A model generated the notes under the pieces. That model made no database searches. It saw only the letters and a list, made by a program, of their open reading frames with translations, and had not been told where the DNA came from. A DNA stretch of 64,000 nucleotides from Phormidesmis sp. (GTDB lineage: Bacteria > Cyanobacteriota > Cyanobacteriia > Leptolyngbyales > Leptolyngbyaceae). This document shows, piece by piece, positions 28,927 to 40,185 of this stretch. How positions within the stretch are numbered: the first letter of the stretch is position 1; every line of letters begins with the position of its first letter. The stretch covers positions 608,001 through 672,000 of the forward strand of contig CBDFJR010000005.1 of NCBI GenBank assembly GCA_965248535.1, written 5' to 3'. The position numbers were made by a program, and so were the translations under genes.

Positions 28927-30312
28927 TTAGTCAAGGTTAGGCATAGACAACACGGGTTCAGACTCGCGATTGATTCCCCGTTCAAAGCCAGCCACGGCTG
29001 CACGAGCACGGCCCGCGTGCCACAGGTGACCCACCAAGAAAAAGAATCCCATCACAAAGTGGAACGAAGCCAACCAAGCGCGAGGAGACACATAGTTAAA
29101 GGAGTTGATCTCCGTCGCTACGCCACCCACCGAGTTGAGAGAACCCAACGGTGCATGAGTCATATACTCAGCCGCCCGACGAGCCTGCCAAGGTTGAATG
29201 TCATTCTTAATCTTGTTCAGATCAAGACCGTTCGGCCCACGCAGAGGCTCTAACCAAGGGCCCCGGAAATCCCAAAAGCGCATGGTCTCACCACCAAAGA
29301 TGATTTCACCCGTCGGCGATCGCATCAGGTATTTACCCAGACCCGTAGGGCCTTGAGCAGACCCAACGTTTGCACCCAAGCGCTGGTCACGCACCAAGAA
29401 GGTCATAGCCTGAGCTTGAGACGCTTCAGGGCCTGTGGGGCCATAAAACTCACTCGGATAAGCCGTGTTGTTAAACCAGACAAAGCAAGAAGCCACAAAG
29501 CTCATCAGAGACAACGCACCAATGCTGTAGGAGAGATAAGCCTCACCCGACCAGACAAGAGCGCGACGCGCCCAACCAAACGGCTTGGTTAAGATGTGCC
29601 AGATGCCGCCAGCAATGCAGATTAGACCCAGCCAGATGTGACCTCCGACAATATCTTCGAGGTTGTTGACGCTGACAATCCAGCCATCGCCACCAAACGG
29701 AGACTTGATCAGATAGCCAAAGATGATAGCGGGATTAAGAGTCGGATTGGTCACAACCCGAACATCTCCGCCGCCCGGTGCCCAAGTGTCATATAGCCCA
29801 CCGAAGGCCATCGCCTTAGCTACCAACAGCAGCGCGCCCACACCCAATAGGATCAGGTGATAGCCGATGATGTTGGTCATCTGGTTTTTATCTTTCCAGT
29901 CATAGCCAAAGAAGCTGGAATATTCTTCTAGCGTTTCAGGGCCGCGAACCGCGTGATAAATGCCGCCAAAGCCCAGAACCGCCGAAGAAATCAGGTGCAA
30001 AACACCGACTACAAAGTAAGGAAAAATGTCAATGACTTCGCCGCCAGGGCCCACGCCCCAACCTTGAGATGCCAGGTGAGGAAGCAAGATCAAGCCCTGC
30101 TCATACATCGGCTTCTCGGGGATAAAGTGAGCGACCTCAAACAAGGTCATCGCTCCAGCCCAAAACACAATCAGACCTGCGTGAGCGACGTGTGCGCCCA
30201 GCAGTTTACCAGAGAGATTGATGAGGCGGGCGTTACCAGACCACCAGGCAAATCCTGAGGATTCCTGGTCGCGATTGCCCGCTACGATCGAACTATTAGA
30301 GAGCGTTACCAC
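28927..30312 (-). CDS. psbC: Photosystem II CP43
   Basis: GTG start overlapping the psbD end by 17 bp; [36 protein letters not shown]; 461 aa. Confidence 0.98.
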   Translation of the reverse strand: MVTLSNSSIVAGNRDQESSGFAWWSGNARLINLSGKLLGAHVAHAGLIVFWAGAMTLFEVAHFIPEKPMYEQGLILLPHLASQGWGVGPGGEVIDIFPYFVVGVLHLISSAVLGFGGIYHAVRGPETLEEYSSFFGYDWKDKNQMTNIIGYHLILLGVGALLLVAKAMAFGGLYDTWAPGGGDVRVVTNPTLNPAIIFGYLIKSPFGGDGWIVSVNNLEDIVGGHIWLGLICIAGGIWHILTKPFGWARRALVWSGEAYLSYSIGALSLMSFVASCFVWFNNTAYPSEFYGPTGPEASQAQAMTFLVRDQRLGANVGSAQGPTGLGKYLMRSPTGEIIFGGETMRFWDFRGPWLEPLRGPNGLDLNKIKNDIQPWQARRAAEYMTHAPLGSLNSVGGVATEINSFNYVSPRAWLASFHFVMGFFFLVGHLWHAGRARAAVAGFERGINRESEPVLSMPNLD

Positions 30313-31355
30313 GGGGAAGAACCTCTTCAGGGAATACAAATTTTTCGTGGGGCTGGTCTTGAGAAGCCATCCAAGCGCGGATGCCCTCGTTCAACAAAAT
30401 GTTCTTCGTGTAGAACGTTTCAAATTCCGGGTCTTCCGCCGCCCGCAGTTCTTGGGAGACGAAATCATACGCCCGCAGGTTTAGCGCCAAACCAACGATG
30501 CCCACCGATGCCATCCACAACCCCGTCACCGGGACAAACAGCATGAAAAAGTGCAGCCAACGCTTGTTGGAGAAGGCAATCCCAAAAATCTGTGACCAGA
30601 AGCGGTTTGCCGTCACCATCGAGTAGGTTTCTTCACTCTGGGTGGGGTTGAACGCCCGGAAGGTGTTGGCGTTTTCGCCGTCTTCAAACAGGGTGTTCTC
30701 CACCGTCGCGCCGTGGATGGCGCACAGCAATGCGCCGCCCAAGATGCCCGCCACGCCCATCATGTGGAACGGGTTGAGGGTGAAGTTGTGAAACCCTTGG
30801 ATGAACAGAATGAATCGGAAGATGCCCGCTACGCCGAAGCTCGGAGCAAAGAACCAACTCGACTGTCCCAACGGGTACATCAAGAAGACGGAGACGAAGA
30901 CGGCGATCGGGCCGGTGAAGGCGATGGCGTTGTAGGGACGGATGCCGACAAGGCGGGCAATCTCTAGCTGCCGCAGACAGAAGCCAATCAAGCCAAAGGC
31001 TCCGTGCAGGGCGACAAACGCCCACAGACCGCCGATTTGGAACCAGCGAGTCAGGTCGCCTTGGGCTTCAGGGCCCCACAACAGCAAGCAGGGAGTGCCC
31101 CATGCTGTCGGCGGGGGTGGAGACGGCGACGGTGAGAAAGTTGGCTCCTTCGAGGTAGGAGGAGGCCAAGCCGTGGGTGTACCACGAGGTGACGAAGGTG
31201 GTGCCAGTCATCCAGCCGCCCACGGCCAAAAAGGCGCAGGGGAACAGCAGAAGCCCAGACCAGCCGATGAAGACGAAGCGATCGCGTTTCAACCAGTCGT
31301 CGAGTGCGTCAAATACGCCTCGGCTTGGTTGCGCGCGCCCAACTGCTATGGTCAT
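30296..31355 (-). CDS. psbD: Photosystem II D2, one +1 frameshift near 31086
   Basis: [16 protein letters not shown] and [19 protein letters not shown]; 1060 bp = 352 codons + stop + 1 extra base. Confidence 0.96.
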
Positions 31356-31645
31356 AAATTAAGCCCTCTAGGTTTACTAAAAGTGCAGGTTCTCTAGAGT
31401 GAACGCGTTTATATGTTTATTTATAATATGAGAAATCAGAAATTTTACAAAGCGAAACGTGTCGTCTCAGCAAAAATTTTGTCAATTTTGAGCAGATTCG
31501 CCTGTCTTAATCAGGATCATGCCCTTTGAGGGCCGATGAGTTTCTGAGATCGCGTTCCCCGCTAGGTAGGTTTACTGACCAAACGTGACAAACCGTTATC
31601 TAGCGTCACGATCGCCTAAGTTCAGGTTCAGTGAGCAAATCCGAA

Positions 31646-34303
31646 CTAAAGCCCAATCTCTAGCTGCTGAGTCGGATCGGGGAATTCAGCTTGACTGGGT
31701 TTTTCGCTGCGGCCGCCCTTGCGGAGACCAACGGCAATTTTGCTGTGCTTTTCGATCTGACTCATCACCTGACGCGCCCGTTGAATCACCGAAGACGGCA
31801 ACCCTGCCAGCCGCCCCGCCTCAATGCCATAGGAGCGATCGGCACCGCCCGGCTGCACTCGGTGCAAAAAGATGATTTGATCGGGCAGTTCTTTAACCGT
31901 CACCTGATAGTTGGCAACGTTGGGCAAAATTGAGGCTAGCTCATTGAGTTCGTGATAGTGGGTTGCAAAAATAGTCCGGGCGCGAATTTCGGTCGCTAAA
32001 TGCTCGGCAACGGCCCAAGCGATCGACAATCCATCAAACGTCGCGGTTCCCCGTCCAATTTCATCTAATAAGATCAGCGATCGGGCCGTGCCGTGATTGA
32101 GAATATTCGCAGTTTCATTCATCTCGACCATAAACGTCGATTGACCTGTGGCTAAATCATCAACGGCCCCAACGCGGGTAAAGATGCGATCGCAGATGCT
32201 CAACTCAGCAGAGTGCGCCGGGACAAAGCTCCCCACTTGCGCCATGAGTTGAATCAGCCCAATCTGCCGCAGATAGCAGCTTTTGCCACTCGCATTAGGC
32301 CCCGTCAAGACGATTAGATCGGGAATCGAATTGGACTCTTGCCCCAGTTCTGCCGAGTTGGGAACAAAAAAACCTGCGGGCAAAGACTGCTCAACGACAG
32401 GATGACGGCCCTCTGAAATGGTGAGTTGACGACCGTCTATCATTTTGGGGCGACTATAGCCCTGGTAAACCGCCACCTCAGCTAACCCGGCTAGGGCATC
32501 GACCGCCGCAACTGCACGGGCAACAGTGCGAATCAGTTCGGCTTGTTCACCGACCTCCGATCGTAGCCCCGCAAAAATTTCATATTCTAAGTCTCCAAGC
32601 TCTTTGCGGGCGTTGAGAATTCGATTTTCGCGCTCTTTAAGCTCTGACGTGATGTAGCGTTCTTCGTTGACTAGGGTTTGCTTACGATCGTAGCCATCGG
32701 GCACCTGCCCCGCTTTAGAACGAGAAATGCTGATGTAGTAGCCAAAAGTTTTGCTGTAGCCGACTTTTAGGGTTGAAATCCCCGTTCGCTCTCGCTCAAT
32801 GACTTCGAGCTTGGCTAACCAGGCTTCATCATCGGCCGCCTGCTGGCGCATTTCATCTAGTTGGGGCACCACATCTGCCCGAATCAAGCCCCCTTCTTTG
32901 AGAGCCAGTGGCGGCCGCTCGACCAATCGAGCCTGAAGGTGTTTGCCGAGTTGCTCCAAGATCGGAGGCACCTGCTGAACGGCTTTGAGATAGGGCGATC
33001 GACTCGACTCGACCAGTCGGGCTAAGTCGGGCAATTTGCCTAGAGAATCGGCTAGACCGACCAAATCACGAGGGCTGGCGGTGCCTGACCCGGCTCGTCC
33101 CGCTAACCGTTCTAAATCATAGATCTGGCGCAGCAATCGCTGTAAATCTTCTCGCAGGGTGCCGTTTTCGACCAGTTCTTGCAGGGTGTCTTGTCTCGCC
33201 TGAATCTGGGTCAGGTGCAGCAGAGGTTGCAGCAGCCAGCGCCGCAAAGCCCGACTGCCCATGGGGGTGACGGTGCGATCGAGGGCCCACAGCAGCGAGT
33301 TGTGAAAGGTGCCATCGCGCACGGTTTGGGTAATCTCTAAGTTGCGACGGGTCTGATTGTCGAGAATCAAATACTCCGTCAGGGTGTAGGTGCAGATCGG
33401 CTGAAGCGGAATCTGCGTCTCTTTTTGAGTGTCGTCGAGATATTCCAACAGTCCGCCCGCGGCCCGCACCGCTAGAGGCAGATGATCACAGCCCAACCCT
33501 TCTAGCGATCGCACCCGAAATCGCTGCAACAAACGCTGGCGGGCTTCGACTTGGGTAAAGGCAGCCTGCGATCGCAGCGTATAGCAAAACTGCGTCGGCA
33601 GACAGTCGGGGAGATGGGGCGACTTTTCGCCCGGTCTGAGCAGCCCCCGCAGATCAGGCGCATTGGCTGGCAGCAGCACTTCGGCGGGCTGAAGGCGCAT
33701 CAACTCTTGGGTCAACTGCTCTAGAGACGAGGATTGGGTGGTGAGAAATTCTCCTGTTGAGATGTCAGCGTAGGACAAGCCCCAGTGATTGCCCGCGATC
33801 ACGATCGCCGCTAAATAGTTATTGCGACGAGCGTTGAGCATTCCTTCTTCTAAAAGAGTGCCCGGCGTGACCACGCGAGTAATTTCTCGCCGCACCAAGG
33901 CACCTTGGGCATCGGCTGCATCTTCAACCTGATCGCAGACGGCGATCGCATAGCCCTTTTCAACCAGCAGCGCACAGTAGCGATCGAGGGCGTGATGAGG
34001 AATGCCCGACAGCGGCACTCGCCCGACTTCTTTGCCGCCATCTTTAGAGGTGAGCACGATTTCTAACTCACGGGAGACCGTCAGCGCATCTTGAAAAAAG
34101 GTTTCAAAAAAATCGCCAACTCGATAAAACAGCAGCGCGTGGGGATATTGATCTTTGAGATCGGCATAGTGGCGCAGCATCGGGGTGAGGTGATCGCGAT
34201 GCACCGCGCCATGATCGGCATAGCGAACGGCGTGTTTGACCAGCCGATCGGGTAGCCCATTAGCAGGCACCGATTCAGAAGAAGGGGGAGGAGGAACAGT
34301 CAT
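31646..34303 (-). CDS. mutS: DNA mismatch repair protein MutS
   Basis: [49 protein letters not shown]. Confidence 0.97.
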   Translation of the reverse strand: MTVPPPPSSESVPANGLPDRLVKHAVRYADHGAVHRDHLTPMLRHYADLKDQYPHALLFYRVGDFFETFFQDALTVSRELEIVLTSKDGGKEVGRVPLSGIPHHALDRYCALLVEKGYAIAVCDQVEDAADAQGALVRREITRVVTPGTLLEEGMLNARRNNYLAAIVIAGNHWGLSYADISTGEFLTTQSSSLEQLTQELMRLQPAEVLLPANAPDLRGLLRPGEKSPHLPDCLPTQFCYTLRSQAAFTQVEARQRLLQRFRVRSLEGLGCDHLPLAVRAAGGLLEYLDDTQKETQIPLQPICTYTLTEYLILDNQTRRNLEITQTVRDGTFHNSLLWALDRTVTPMGSRALRRWLLQPLLHLTQIQARQDTLQELVENGTLREDLQRLLRQIYDLERLAGRAGSGTASPRDLVGLADSLGKLPDLARLVESSRSPYLKAVQQVPPILEQLGKHLQARLVERPPLALKEGGLIRADVVPQLDEMRQQAADDEAWLAKLEVIERERTGISTLKVGYSKTFGYYISISRSKAGQVPDGYDRKQTLVNEERYITSELKERENRILNARKELGDLEYEIFAGLRSEVGEQAELIRTVARAVAAVDALAGLAEVAVYQGYSRPKMIDGRQLTISEGRHPVVEQSLPAGFFVPNSAELGQESNSIPDLIVLTGPNASGKSCYLRQIGLIQLMAQVGSFVPAHSAELSICDRIFTRVGAVDDLATGQSTFMVEMNETANILNHGTARSLILLDEIGRGTATFDGLSIAWAVAEHLATEIRARTIFATHYHELNELASILPNVANYQVTVKELPDQIIFLHRVQPGGADRSYGIEAGRLAGLPSSVIQRARQVMSQIEKHSKIAVGLRKGGRSEKPSQAEFPDPTQQLEIGL

Positions 34304-34551
34304 GAACGATCGATACAGTACAGTCTTACTAGACTTTAGCGCAAGCTAAATCTGATATGAGTCTATAGCGATTTATCAGAATTTTGGGCTGTAAAGTGAT
34401 TTGCAATTTAATAGAATCCGCCGTTGTTGCAGAACCCTGCATGGTTAAATTTAAGGGTTGATCGCTTCGTTTTAGGGGGCGAACCCCAATCGCTGAAGTG
34501 GAAAGACTCTCCTGGGATTCTATTAAATTGCGAGTCCCTAAAGCGATTTGT

Positions 34552-36177
34552 ATGGCAAATTTTCAAGACTTTAAACCCCAAGCGTTCAAAATTCGATCCG
34601 ATCGGGCGTTTCAACTAGCGATCGCTCTGATCAGTGGACTATTAATGGGCTTAACTCCAGCTCCTTTTAATGTGTGGGGTTTGGCTTGGGTAGCGATCGC
34701 GCCTCTGTGGATTTTGGTTGTAACCGATACGAAATTGGCTGAGTCGGGCAAGTCTCTGAACAGTTATCGGTTCAAAATTTTTCTAGCGCTGGCTTGGGGT
34801 TTGGGCTATCACGGCTTTGCGCTAGCGTGGATTATCGGCTTGCATCCCTTAACGTGGCTGGGCATTCCGTGGTTGGCGAGTGTGGCGATCGTGCTAGTCA
34901 TCTGGCTGTTTATCACCGCTTGGGGTGCTGCCCTCGTGGGCATCTGGGCAGGGGTGATGAACTGGATGGGACGCTCAGGAGTCTCGGCGGGGCTGCGCGT
35001 CTTAACCGGAACGGCGGTTTGGTGTGGGCTAGAAAGCCTTTGGGCAATGGGTTCGCTCAATTGGACTTCGGTGTCTTATACCCAGAGTCCCTATAATTTG
35101 CCGATTTTGCATTTAGGTCAGATCTCAGGAGCGATGACGGTGACGGCCGCGATCGTCTCCTTTAACGGGCTGCTAGCCGAAGCTTGGATCGCCTCTAGAC
35201 GAACCAGAGAACCTCAAAAAAACCTTTATCTGGTGCCGATCGGCTTTTTTTTAGCCCTACACCTAATCGGATTTGGACTTTATAGCCGTCCTCTGCTCGA
35301 AGCGCCTAACGCAGCGCTCAAAGTGGGGATTATTCAAGGCAACGTTCCCACTCGCATCAAGCTATTTTCGGACGGATTGCAGCGAGCGCTATCGGGCTAC
35401 ACGGCGGGCTACCGGGTTCTCGTCGATCGGGGCGCAGAGGTGGTTTTAACCCCCGAAGGAGCACTCCCTTTTCTCTGGGAAGGCAAAAATCGCACTCAAA
35501 ATTCACTTTATGAAGCGATCGTCGAGAAGGGCGTTCCCGTGTGGCTCGGCACATTTGTCTCTCAGGGAATGCAATATACCCAGAGTTTGCTGACGATCGC
35601 GCCTCAGGGCGAAGCTGTCAGCCGCTATAACAAAGTCAAACTGGTTCCTCTGGGAGAATACACCCCGTTTCAAGATCTGCTGGGAGGGCTGATCAATCGG
35701 CTGTCACCCATTCGCGCCAATATGCTGCCCGGAGGCTTAGACCAGCAGTTTGACACGCCCTTTGGTCGAGCCGCCGTAGGAATTTGCTATGACTCAGCCT
35801 TTCCCGATCTGTTTCGCGCTCAGGTGGCAAAGGGCGCAGAGTTTATTTTGACCGCATCGAATCTAGACCCCTACAGCACCACGCTCAAAGCCCAGCATCA
35901 GGCCCACGATTTAATGCGGGCGATCGAGCACGATCGCTGGTCAGTTCGGGCCACAAACACGGGTTATTCGGGCATCATTGACCCCCACGGTCGAATTTTG
36001 TGGCGATCGCAGCCCGATCGCTATGAAATTCATTTAGACACGATCTACCGTCGATCTACTCAAACCCTTTATGGACGGTGGGGAAACTGGTTGACACCGA
36101 CCTTGATGGGGTTATCCACAATAGGATTATTGCTCAGAAAAAAGATTCTCTTTCTGCGGAATGAACCGTTGGTTTAA
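34552..36177 (+). CDS. lnt: Apolipoprotein N-acyltransferase
   Basis: N-terminal TM helices; IQGN, TPEGA, YNKVKLVPLGEY, GICYDS, RATNTGYS; start codon uncertain. Confidence 0.92.
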   Translation: MANFQDFKPQAFKIRSDRAFQLAIALISGLLMGLTPAPFNVWGLAWVAIAPLWILVVTDTKLAESGKSLNSYRFKIFLALAWGLGYHGFALAWIIGLHPLTWLGIPWLASVAIVLVIWLFITAWGAALVGIWAGVMNWMGRSGVSAGLRVLTGTAVWCGLESLWAMGSLNWTSVSYTQSPYNLPILHLGQISGAMTVTAAIVSFNGLLAEAWIASRRTREPQKNLYLVPIGFFLALHLIGFGLYSRPLLEAPNAALKVGIIQGNVPTRIKLFSDGLQRALSGYTAGYRVLVDRGAEVVLTPEGALPFLWEGKNRTQNSLYEAIVEKGVPVWLGTFVSQGMQYTQSLLTIAPQGEAVSRYNKVKLVPLGEYTPFQDLLGGLINRLSPIRANMLPGGLDQQFDTPFGRAAVGICYDSAFPDLFRAQVAKGAEFILTASNLDPYSTTLKAQHQAHDLMRAIEHDRWSVRATNTGYSGIIDPHGRILWRSQPDRYEIHLDTIYRRSTQTLYGRWGNWLTPTLMGLSTIGLLLRKKILFLRNEPLV

Positions 36178-37045
36178 GACTGATCAAATCATCAATATTG
36201 CGGCGCATTGTGAGACAAATTGCATCTAAAGGCAGATCGTTGGGATCGTGCCCAAAGGGGTTTTCAATTTCAATCCCAATCTCCTCAATGCCAAACAGCG
36301 TAAAGCTGATCAACACAACTACAGGAGCCGTCCACCACCCCAACTGACCCACCATTTGAAACGGTAAAGATAGACAATAAAGCAACAGCAATTGCTTGAG
36401 ATGAATTGCATAAGCCAGCGGCATGGGTGTTTTTAAAATGCGTTCACAGCCCCCGATCGCATCTACTAAACCGTCGAGTAATCGGTGCATTGCCGTTAGC
36501 TGATAAAGATTGAGTCGATGCTGTTGATATTGCGACTGCAAATAGTCACCAATCCAAAACGCAACTTCTAGCGGCGGATTGTTCATTTGCTGCAATTTTT
36601 CATATTGGTCAGGCGACAAAAAATCTTTGATTTCGAGACTGATAGATTCTTGTCGGAGATGCAGCTTAGTAGCGATCGCCAAGGCAATCAACAAATAGAG
36701 CGCTTTGACTTTTTCTAATCGATCGCCCGCTTCTTTTTCCTCAACCGCAATCCAGATCTGTCTCGCCAGATTTCTCACCGTGTTGACGATCGCACCCCAA
36801 CATTTCCGTCCTTCCCAAAAGCGATCGTAGGCCGTATTAGTTCTAAACACTAACAGCAAGCCTAAAACAATGTTGGGAATCAAACTAGCTAAAAACGGCA
36901 GAGAAACCGGATAGTTAGCATCTAAAAGCAGCTTGATCAGCAGCCCAAAAAATCCGCAAAAGAGCGATCGGGGCAACACCGCAGGAATCACAGAACCCTT
37001 GACCTGTAGAGCAAGATTTAGCCAGCGGCGTTTTTCCAGACTCAT
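36134..37045 (-). CDS. Bestrophin-family ion channel
   Basis: LLVFRTNTAYDRFWEGRK, CERILKTPMP, EIENPFGHDPNDLPLD. Confidence 0.92.
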   Translation of the reverse strand: MSLEKRRWLNLALQVKGSVIPAVLPRSLFCGFFGLLIKLLLDANYPVSLPFLASLIPNIVLGLLLVFRTNTAYDRFWEGRKCWGAIVNTVRNLARQIWIAVEEKEAGDRLEKVKALYLLIALAIATKLHLRQESISLEIKDFLSPDQYEKLQQMNNPPLEVAFWIGDYLQSQYQQHRLNLYQLTAMHRLLDGLVDAIGGCERILKTPMPLAYAIHLKQLLLLYCLSLPFQMVGQLGWWTAPVVVLISFTLFGIEEIGIEIENPFGHDPNDLPLDAICLTMRRNIDDLISLKPTVHSAERESFF

Positions 37046-37142
37046 CAGAGCGCTTCCTCAGTCAAAAAATAAACGTTAAAAAATTGGCTCTTGCCGCGCA
37101 AAAACCAACATCTAACCGATTCCAATATAGAGGTTAATCTCT

Positions 37143-37574
37143 TTAACGGCGCACTTTTCCGGTGAAGCCTGCTGCCTTAAATTGCTCTAGCTTTAGAGGC
37201 GTAGGTTGATTGGCAGAAACGGTGATTCTCAACTCAAAATCGCTGATGCCCGGCGGCACTTCTTCGATCGAACCCAATCGCGTCCGATTTCGCATGACTG
37301 AATCGTTGTTTGCGTCATAAATGCGCCCAAAAATATCGGCATTCACCACCGTTCGATTCGTCGCGTTTTCAGCTTTGCCCGTGACCAAATAGCAGTTTGC
37401 GGCGCGGGTTGTGCCGCTCATCACCGAGCCTTCACCCATCTCAGACGGGCAATCGTGATAGGACAAATCAAACAGTTTAATTTGAGTCAGCGCTAACGCA
37501 TCGGGTGCAGTTAGCCCTGCCAAAACCCACATCGCCGCAGACAGGACAACGACAACCAAAGCTCGAAACTGCAT
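37143..37574 (-). CDS. Conserved exported hypothetical protein
   Basis: Signal peptide; CP...CYLVTG..NADIFGRIYDA..NRTRLG. Confidence 0.7.
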   Translation of the reverse strand: MQFRALVVVVLSAAMWVLAGLTAPDALALTQIKLFDLSYHDCPSEMGEGSVMSGTTRAANCYLVTGKAENATNRTVVNADIFGRIYDANNDSVMRNRTRLGSIEEVPPGISDFELRITVSANQPTPLKLEQFKAAGFTGKVRR

Positions 37575-37677
37575 ATAAATCACCCTCTGCGATCGACAAA
37601 CCGTTCTCCCAGACATTATGAACGGCTTTCGCACTCGTTGCATCCCCAATTGATCAAACATCAGGAAACTCTCAGTG

Positions 37678-38136
37678 TCAATTTCGATCGTTGTCGCCGA
37701 TAAAATCAGGCTGATTGCTGCCCGGAACCCGCCAATCTTCGTTTTCGCCGCCGATGATCAATTGGTCGATCGTCAAAAAATCTCGACCCAATTCGCGCAG
37801 GGTGTTGATGAGAATGTCTAGAGCGATCGCGTCACTGGTGCCCAAGTCAAACCAGCAGCGACCCCAATTTGACTCAAACTCAAACTCTCCCATGTTGTGC
37901 ATGAGTGCGACCATGCTGTTGTCAGCAAAGCTTTCGTCGTACTCCATATAGCTGATTTCTAAACCTATGTCCTGCACCTGAAGGTTTTCGGCATTAAAGG
38001 CCCCCAGTTTGCCTAGATAAAACCAAGAGCTAAAGGCTTCTTCAACATATTGTTTTTCCATCTCTGAGGGATTGTTGCTGAACTCCACCCAGATCCAGAC
38101 GTTGAAGGGGTCAAATTCGCGAAACTGTACTTTCAT
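37678..38136 (-). CDS. DUF3531-family protein
   Basis: FREFDPFNVWIW, GKLGAFNAENLQV, RCWFDLGTSD. Confidence 0.8.
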   Translation of the reverse strand: MKVQFREFDPFNVWIWVEFSNNPSEMEKQYVEEAFSSWFYLGKLGAFNAENLQVQDIGLEISYMEYDESFADNSMVALMHNMGEFEFESNWGRCWFDLGTSDAIALDILINTLRELGRDFLTIDQLIIGGENEDWRVPGSNQPDFIGDNDRN

Positions 38137-38234
38137 AAATTAGAAGGCGATAAGCGATCGTGGGGCAAAGTCAGTCCCGTGACCAAACTCGTCCCCGACT
38201 CTTCTAGCCTAGCGCCTATTGCCGATCTCCCCGA

Positions 38235-39182
38235 TCAACGCCCCATGTTTTGAACGCGGCGCTGAGTTCGGGTTAGCTCTTTTTGAATCTGGGTGACAAT
38301 GCCACTCGGCAACTGATCTTTTTGAGACAGCGCTTTCTCAAACAACGCGATGCCCTCTTTGTTGTTGCCTTGGCGCACCAAAATTTGAGCTTTTAGATAA
38401 GACAACTCAGGGTTTTTAGGAGCCGCCTCGATCGCTTGGTTAATCGCTTGCAGCGCTTTATCGGGCTGATTGAGGTCACGATAGCCCAACGCTAAACCTC
38501 GATAAGCCAAATAACGAGGCGACGCATATTTTTCTAATCGCTCGATCGCTTGAGTCGGACTTGACAACGGCAAACTGACGTTGACCGCCAACAGCAAATC
38601 GATATAACCCTTGAGCAGATTAAGCTCTGGGTCTTTAGCATCGATCTTTTCAGCTTCGTCTAAGTATTTGAATGCCTGCTGAAGCTTGCCCAATGCCTGT
38701 GGCGTGCCTCGAATTACGCCCTCGGTGCCCACCACATAGGCCCCTTCTAAAAAGTTGCCAACTGCAATGTAGAGATTGCCCCGCAAAGGATCGGTTTTAA
38801 GCAACTGCTCGGCGCTCTCACGGGTCTGGGTGGCATAGCCTTTAAAGCTAGCCAGCGCCGCCTGCTTTTGAGACTGATCAGATTCACCCTGCCAACTGCT
38901 ATAAGCCAGCGATGCCTTTAAAGCAAAGGCTAGCGGTTCGCCCGCTTCTGCCTGACTGAGATCAGACGCAGCATTTTTATAATTGCCTTGCTCAAAGACC
39001 GATCGAAAGGCCGCCTCGGTTTTATCTCCGATCGGGTGAGGGCTAGTGGTGCGAAAGGGGTCTTTTGCCAGGGAAGGACTAGCCCACAGACTGAGGGCGA
39101 TCGCCGCAGTGCTGACGATTTGCCAAGCGCGCTGCAAGTTAAGCAGCACAGGAGGTTGAGACGCAGAAAACCAATCAGCCAT
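38235..39182 (-). CDS. Exported TPR-repeat protein (Sll0314/Alr1548-like)
   Basis: Signal peptide, DPFR, DPLRGNLY, DPELNLLKGY, C-terminal TPRs. Confidence 0.78.
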   Translation of the reverse strand: MADWFSASQPPVLLNLQRAWQIVSTAAIALSLWASPSLAKDPFRTTSPHPIGDKTEAAFRSVFEQGNYKNAASDLSQAEAGEPLAFALKASLAYSSWQGESDQSQKQAALASFKGYATQTRESAEQLLKTDPLRGNLYIAVGNFLEGAYVVGTEGVIRGTPQALGKLQQAFKYLDEAEKIDAKDPELNLLKGYIDLLLAVNVSLPLSSPTQAIERLEKYASPRYLAYRGLALGYRDLNQPDKALQAINQAIEAAPKNPELSYLKAQILVRQGNNKEGIALFEKALSQKDQLPSGIVTQIQKELTRTQRRVQNMGR

Positions 39183-39502
39183 AAAAATCATTCTCTAAAA
39201 ATTATGCTTGAGACGTTGCTGCCGGATGATCAGCCGTCATTGAGAAATTCTAAGGTGTCTGACGGAGTTTCTGATGTCAAGTTCCGTTTGAGCAGCGATC
39301 GGGGTAGAGCGATCCAGAGACTTCCTTAAATTTGTCATAATAGAGACAGAAAAGTTTTTGCATCCTGATTGGGAACTGCGTCCTGCTCTCTTCATCACAG
39401 CGTGTCTCAATACTGGGTCGATTAGGCTTGCACTTACCATTCTCTGTTAACTTTGAAAGGTTTGCCTTTGGTTTCTAGTCCACCTTGCTCATAACCCTCT
39501 GA

Positions 39503-40174
39503 ATGCTTCATCTTCGTGATCTGTCTTATCACCCAACCGCCAGCCCTAGCCCGATTTTGAACGCGCTCAACTTAGAGATTGCCCCGCAGCAGTTAGGATT
39601 GATCGTTGGGCCCAGTGGCTCTGGAAAAAGTACGCTGTTAGAAATCTTGGCGGGGCTAGCAGAACAGACCAGTGGCACCCTGTTTTGGCGAGACCAAGAA
39701 CTGACCTTTCTGCACTTGCAGCAATTGAGCGGGTTGGTGTTTCAGTTTCCAGAACGCCACTTTTGCGGCGGCACTATCTTAGAAGAATTGCGGCTGGGGC
39801 ACCCCGAAATCAAGTCAGAGCGCATTCACGAAGCTCTTGCAGAAGTGGGTCTCGATCGCTTATCGCTGCAAACCTCCCCCCATTCATTAAGTGGTGGGCA
39901 GCAGCGCCGTCTCGCCTTAGCCGTGCAGTTGATTCGTCAACCCAGCATTTTGCTGCTCGATGAGCCGACCGCAGGGCTAGACTGGTCTATGCGTCAACAG
40001 TTGGTGAGTTTGTTAGCCAAGCTCAAAGCACACTGGAGTTTGCTGGTTGTATCACACGATGCGGGAGATCTGCTCTCGATCGCTGACCAATGCTGGACTC
40101 TAAACCACGGACAACTTAATCAAGTAGACCCCAAAACGCTCAAAGCCCCAGGGGAAGCGCAGCTAATTTCTTGA
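39503..40174 (+). CDS. ABC transporter ATP-binding protein (CbiO/EcfA-like)
   Basis: GPSGSGKS, VFQFPE, LSGGQQRR, LLLDEPT. Confidence 0.9.
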   Translation: MLHLRDLSYHPTASPSPILNALNLEIAPQQLGLIVGPSGSGKSTLLEILAGLAEQTSGTLFWRDQELTFLHLQQLSGLVFQFPERHFCGGTILEELRLGHPEIKSERIHEALAEVGLDRLSLQTSPHSLSGGQQRRLALAVQLIRQPSILLLDEPTAGLDWSMRQQLVSLLAKLKAHWSLLVVSHDAGDLLSIADQCWTLNHGQLNQVDPKTLKAPGEAQLIS

Positions 40175-40185
40175 AGGGTGTAGAC

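Noticed and set aside
28927..31355. Far-red (FaRLiP) photosystem II cluster
   Set aside because: No rfpABC, chlF, apc or psa paralogues nearby; the operon layout is the standard psbDC
30296..31355. Horizontal origin of psbD suggested by higher GC
   Set aside because: The difference from psbC is modest by eye and fits codon bias of a highly expressed gene
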